Assembly (NCBI GenBank): GCA_964016885.1 | Contig: OZ024751.1 | Span: 22,878,001 to 22,942,000 of the forward strand | DNA length: 64,000 nucleotides | Reading direction: 5' to 3' | From: Eledone cirrhosa | Taxonomy: Eukaryota | Part shown: positions 57,796-64,000 of the stretch, piece after piece | How the letters are laid out: every line of letters starts with the position of its first letter | Numbering within the stretch: position 1 is the stretch's first letter | Translations under genes and position numbers: made by a program | The notes under the pieces: model-generated | Databases searched by the model: none | Told to the model about the DNA's origin: nothing | Seen by the model: only the letters and a program-made list of their open reading frames with translations

Positions 57796-57867
<72 letters not shown>

Positions 57868-57930
57868 TATATATATATATATATATGTGCGCGTGTATGA
57901 ATGTGTATGTATATACATAGAGATAGATAG

Positions 57931-57988
<58 letters not shown>

Positions 57989-58178
57989 TATATGTAGTTG
58001 TAGATTCATATATATATGTGTGTGTATATATAGATAGAGAGAGAGAGAGAGAATGAGAGAGAAAGAGAGAGAGATGAGTAGATAATATATGTATATGTAG
58101 ATGCATATATATATCAAGCGTTAACCTAATATATTCCTTCCATATACTGTACCGATTGGGTTGTTATTTCTGTTTACC

Positions 58179-58285
<107 letters not shown>

Positions 58286-58840
58286 TACGTGTATGCATAA
58301 GTATGCACACATGTGTGTGTGTGTGTGTGAGTGTGTGCCTCTGTGAGTGTGTGCTTATATGTTTGTATATGTTTGTGCTATATTTCGTATTATAACACGA
58401 AATGGAGAAAAGATGTCAGCCAGAATTTACCATGATGTCCATTAACACCATAAGATAGACTATAGTAACAGAAGGTTGTGACTGAAACACTAAATTGCTT
58501 TTAGTCGTATATAGACACCTAAACTTCACTACTCTTTTTATTGTTACTGATTTTATGCATTGGACTGCGGCCATACTGTGGCATTGGCTTATTTAGTCGA
58601 TTATATTGATGCTAGTACTTATTTGGTGGGAATGGGTTATGTCTGGCATTTATTTTATGTATTTCTACTATTTGACGAATCACGATAAAAGAAACAATAA
58701 ACGTAAACACAGTCACGAACAACAAATACAGCCTCATATGCACACACATAAACATATATATACCTATACAAACACACATATGTATATACACACACTCACA
58801 CACACATATATATATATTTATATATACACATTATATATAT

Positions 58841-59032
58841 ATAGGAAGATGTTTGACCCCGACGGCAGAGCTCAAGCCTTTTCGACGGCTATTTCTGTAT
58901 GGAAATAGCCGTCAAAACGGCTTGAGCTCTGCCGTCGGGGTCAAACATTTTCCTATTACCCACTCTACTACCTTAAGTATTGAGTACTCTGGTGCGTTAT
59001 GGTCCATCTGGTTCCTTACCACACTTCCTTCG

Positions 59033-59033
<1 letters not shown>
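58841..59033 (-). mobile_element. Fold-back element, third subfamily
   Basis: Palindrome 58841-58956 with ataggaagatgtttgacccc / ggggtcaaacattttcctat arms. Confidence 0.88.
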
Positions 59034-59111
<78 letters not shown>

Positions 59112-59112
<1 letters not shown>

Positions 59113-59300
59113 TCTTTTACCTGTTCCAGCCACCATCCGGCTGAGGCCATGCTGGGGCACCGCCATTGTATTAGAGTTCCCATGCCGAAAAACGAACCCG
59201 GGCCGCCTGGATGAAAGCCAGGAACCCTAACCACTATATATATATATATATTATATATATGGTTAGGGTTTCTGGCTTTCAACCAGGCGGCCCGGGTTCG
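59112..59300 (-). pseudogene. tRNA-Glu(TTC)-derived fragment with SINE-type tail, plus an inverted second tRNA fragment
   Basis: Minus 59177-59235 reads agtggttagggttcctggctttcatccaggcggcccgggttcgtttttcggcatgggaa; plus 59260-59300 is the same fragment; both lack the 5' acceptor stem. Confidence 0.75.
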
Positions 59301-59628
59301 CTTTGCCCGTAAATTCTGTCCACCGATTCTTTCCCGAGACATTCTAACCACTCTAGATTGAAAAATAGGACAAATTATATAATGAAATTCCTGAATTCTC
59401 CTTTAAAAACGGGGAGGTTATGGGTGGAAGGACGCGATCCCCGGTGACCCATGAAGTTCTTGATATTAGTCTTTTTACCATTATCTGTATTCTATAAGAA
59501 TGTTCCAGATCTGGGGGCAATGAATCGAACATAACTTTAATACGTGTTGCTATAGTGTTCCCTACATAGCTACGAAGAAGTTAGAAGCAATTAGAGCTAA
59601 GTCTCTATTCTCTCCCAAAGGAAACAGC

Positions 59629-59660
<32 letters not shown>

Positions 59661-59853
59661 ACGAAGGAAATGTGGTAAGGCACCAGGTGGACCATACCGC
59701 ACCAAAGTACTCAATACTTAGGGTAGTAGAGTGGGTAATAGGAACCAGTAAGACCCCGACGGCTGAGCTCAAGCCGTTTCGACGGCTAATTCTGTCCAGA
59801 ATTAGCCGTCGAAACGGCTTGAGCTCAGCCGTCGGGGTCTTACTGGTTCCTAT
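59661..59853 (+). mobile_element. Fold-back element with 57-bp perfect arms and 2-nt loop
   Basis: Palindrome 59738-59853; (TA)n on both sides. Confidence 0.9.
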
Positions 59854-60029
59854 ATATATATATATATATATATATGGGGGGGGGCTGTGTGTATGTGTGT
59901 GCGTGTGTATGTGTATATATATGCGTATATGTATGTGTGTGCGTGTATATATATATATAAATGAAAGTTAGAGTTAATAACTCATACTGAAACCCTGTAA
60001 TCAGTAAGCTCAAAGTATAAATACTGAGC

Positions 60030-60210
60030 ATTATTGGCAGTATCGGTAGAGGGTCGGACGCCATGCTTTCCAGCATAGTTACGTCCCTTTACGATCTGAG
60101 TTCAAATCCCGCCGAGGTTGACTTTGCCTTTCATCCTTACGGGGTCGATAAAATAAAGTACCAGTAATGAACTGGGTCATTGCTGGCCTTGTGCCTAAAG
60201 TAGAAACAAT
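60030..60210 (+). mobile_element. Family-M SINE
   Basis: ggcagtatcggtagagggtcggac...gttcaaatcccgccgaggttgactttgcctttcatcc. Confidence 0.88.
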
Positions 60211-60420
60211 TATAACAATAATAATATATGTAGTAAGAAAGACAGTAAATCGTGTGTCTAATATTACAAGGGTTGAAGAACTGCATTTGTTTGAAATATT
60301 TAACCATGAAGCAGACAGAATGATAAAATTAAATTATATTATACAAACGGCCTCAATAACAATTACATATATATATATAAAGTTATACATACATGTATAT
60401 GCATATACTTAGACGCACAA

Positions 60421-60502
<82 letters not shown>

Positions 60503-61869
60503 TTATGGGTGGGTTGGTGTGTGGGCGCGTAATATATATAGCAAAATTGCAGCGTTGCAACCCCAAAACCAACAACAGCACCACCAACAACAACACCAAA
60601 ACCAACAACATCACCAACAACACCAACAACACCACCAACAACACCACCAACAACACCACTGACAACACCAACAACACCACCAACAACACCATCAATAACA
60701 CCACTGACAACACCATCAATAACACCACCACCAACAACACCACCAACAACACCAACAACAACACCACCGACAACAGCAACAACAACACCAACAACGCCAC
60801 CAACAACGCCACCAACAACACCACCACCACAACACCAACAACAACACCACTAACAATGCCATCAACTACACCACCGACAACACCACCAACAACACCACCA
60901 ACAACACCACTAACAACAACAACAACAACACCACCAACAACACCAACACCAACAACACCACCAACAACAACACCAATACCACTACACACCGCCTGCGGTG
61001 ACATAATAAACCAGTTTGAAGAAGACGAACGAGGATGCGTATGAAGCGAAAGAAAGAGATTATTTCTTTTACTTTGAATGATTAAGAAAATAAGGGGATA
61101 AATAACCCCCACCACACCACCCCACCCCCACCACCACTGTACCCCCTCCACACCACCCCACCACCACCACCACCACTGTACCCCCTCCACACCACCCCCA
61201 CCACCACCACCACTGTACCCCCTCCACACTCCAATAGTGAGATTGTATATATTGGATAGGGAATATATAGTGTGAGATATAGCAAGCTGTGTGTAACAGG
61301 GTATATGTGTGTAATACAACAACAACAACAACAACAAGAAAAGAAAAAGGAGGAGGAAGAGGGAGAGGATGGGGTGGACGATGGGAGGGGGGGGGAGAGT
61401 TTATAAGTGTAATAGAAGAAGGTAAAGAAAGAGGAGAGGTGTTGAGAATTAGGGAATGAGAGTGGAAGTAAAGTTATAAACAAATGTGTATGTATGTGTA
61501 TGTAAGTGCATGTATGTGAGTATGTGCCTATATGTGTATGTATATGTATGTATGTGTGCATGTACGTGTGTATGTGCCTATATGTGTATGTATATGTATG
61601 TATGTGTGCATGTATATGTGTATGTGCCTATATGTGTATGTATATGTGTTTATGTATGTGTCTATGTGTGTGAAAGAGACATGGTTTAAAAATTCAAGAC
61701 AGAGATGTGTAAGAGAGAGAGAGAGGGGGGGAGGGAGATCAGTGTGGATGCATGTGTGTGTATGAATATGTATGTATGTATGTGCGCATGTATGTATGTA
61801 TGTGCGTGTGTATGTATGTGTGTATATTTGAAATCAAGTCTGTGAGAGAGACCACGTGAAAGAAATAAT

Positions 61870-62015
61870 TGTTTCTATTTTTGGCATAAGGCCAGCAAAT
61901 TATCCAGTACATTACTGGTACTTTATTTTATCGACCCCGTAAGGATGAAAGGCAAAGTCAACCTCGGCGGGATTTGAACTTAGAATGGCAAGGGCCGGAA
62001 CTCTATTGCCATTCT
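61870..62015 (-). mobile_element. Family-M SINE, 5' truncated
   Basis: Same core sequence. Confidence 0.8.
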
Positions 62016-62266
62016 GAATGCGAGAGAGAAAGAGTGTGATAGAAAAAAACAAAAGACAGAGAGAGATAGAGGTAGAGAGAGAGAGAGGGCGAGAGAGGGA
62101 GAGAGGGGGGGGACGCTAATGTTTCTGGTTACGAAATGTTATCTTGTTATCCCGACATTGTAAAATGTTGAGATACGATAAAGAGGAATCACAGATCGAA
62201 GACTGATGTCAAATATATTGAAGTTGTTGATTAGATTTGATTGTAAAAAGTAAATATCTTATTTAA

Positions 62267-62267
<1 letters not shown>

Positions 62268-62314
<47 letters not shown>

Positions 62315-62446
62315 AACTACAACAACAACTACAACAACAGCAACTACAACAACAGCAACTGCAATAACAACAACAACTACATCAACAACAACAACTACAT
62401 CAACAACAATAACAACAACAACAACAACAACAGCAACAACTACATC

Positions 62447-62478
<32 letters not shown>

Positions 62479-62584
62479 CTACATCAACAGCAGCAACAAC
62501 TACATCAACAACAACAACAACAACTACAACAACAACAACTACATCAACAACAATAACAACAACAACAACAGCAACAACTACATC

Positions 62585-62616
<32 letters not shown>

Positions 62617-62940
62617 CTACATCAACAGCAGCAACAACTACATCAACAACAACAACAACAACTACAACAACAACAACTACATCAACAGCAACTACAACAG
62701 CAGCTACTATAACAACAGCATCAGCAACTACAACTACAACAACAGTAACAGCAACAACAGTAACAGCAACAACAACAACAACAACAACTACATCTAATAC
62801 AACAACAACAACATCAATTACAACGACAATAACAACAACAACAACAACAACAACAACTACTACTGCTACTATACAGCAACAACAACAACTACTACTACTA
62901 CTACAGCAACAACAACAACAACAGCAGCAGCAGCAGCAAC
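62268..62940. repeat. (AAC/ACT)n compound repeat
   Basis: Visible directly. Confidence 0.95.
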
Positions 62941-63593
62941 ATGTCGTCAAACAAGAATGTTGATTACGTAAAGAATAAAAATTTCATTTCTTTGCTTTCG
63001 TTTTATTTTGTGTTATTTTTGTACTTTTTCCTCTTTTCTTTTCTTTTCTTTTCTTTTCTTTCCTTTTCTTTTTTTTATTCCAGATTGCAATAAACGATAA
63101 ATAAATAAAAGATAAACAACAATAACAAGTATAAATGAAATAAAACAAAAACCAAAAAAAGATGATAATAACAATACATAAAAACGAAAAAAAACAACCA
63201 CAACAAAAAACAATTTCCCAGTTCTCTAATCAGACTAATTTATCAAGCAGGAAGAAAGCAATCGGATTTCAGGTAGAACTGTGCTGGATTTCTCAGCTTT
63301 GGTTAGAAGGGGAAGATAACTGTGCAGATGATAATAAATTAAGGCTTTTAATGGAATAAATACAATCAGGAACGGATTAGAGAAAGAAAATGAGTGTATT
63401 TTTCTCTCCTCTTCTCATCTTGAAAATATGGGATTATAGGAAGCCTGGGGTTTTGTGTTTTTTTTTAAGAAAAAGACTTATTTTAATTAAAGATGTGACA
63501 TACCATCTTCAATGTCTGTAATCCTGGAAAGGGGGTTCGTTTCGCCAGAAATCCTTTTGTTGCCATATACGAAGGTTGACTGAGAAGTTTATT

Positions 63594-64000
63594 CTGACCA
63601 AGATACTCTCATGGAATGAACAAATGAGGTTTATTTTTCAGTATAGTCCCTGGAAAGAAACAATGCAGTTATTCATCATTAAAAAAAAGAGTTGAAATTA
63701 ATGTATACAAGATTTCACAGCCTTAGCATTAATTCTTCGTAGTCTGACCAAGATACTCTCATGGAATGACCAAATGAAGTTTATTTTTCAATATAGTCCT
63801 TGGAAAGAATCAATGCAGTTATTGATAAAAAGAGTTGAAATTAATGCATGCAAGATTTCACAGCTCTAGCATTACTCCTTCGTAGGCTGACCAAGATACT
63901 CTCAAGAAATGTCCAAATGAGGTTTACTTTTCAACATAGTCCGTGGAAATAAACAATGTAGTTATTAAGAAGAAAAAAAAAAAAGGAGTTGAAAAATTAA
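63594..64000. repeat. ~143-150-bp tandem repeat, at least 2.8 units, running off the window end
   Basis: Units start ctgaccaagatactctca at 63594, 63744 and 63887. Confidence 0.9.

Noticed and set aside
60505-61044. 179-aa Thr/Asn/Pro-rich ORF
   Set aside because: Translation of an (AAC/ACC)n compound repeat.

Overview
Eukaryotic, AT-rich DNA saturated with microsatellites ((TA)n, (CA)n, (TACA)n, (AG)n, trinucleotide runs). The SINE/LINE repertoire matches what I recall from octopus/coleoid genomes (inference). Almost all ORFs in the supplied track are simple-repeat artefacts. The only plausible host-gene signal is a minus-strand signal-peptide-type first coding exon (12184-12304), plus weaker candidate upstream exons, so most of the window is probably intron or 5' flank. 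The rest is retroelement debris: tRNA-derived SINEs, RTE, RTE-X and CR1/Jockey-group LINE fragments, a bipartite non-autonomous RTE, and hAT and Tc1/mariner MITEs. The most interesting content sits in the (TA)n tracts. (i) A ~190-bp asymmetric fold-back element occurs in 8 recognisable copies whose palindrome arms co-vary within each copy. (ii) At least four unrelated short elements carry hammerhead-ribozyme cores in Penelope/retrozyme-like arrangements. (iii) Several twin-priming-type inversions occur in RTE-group elements. All calls were made by eye; no searches or folding were run.
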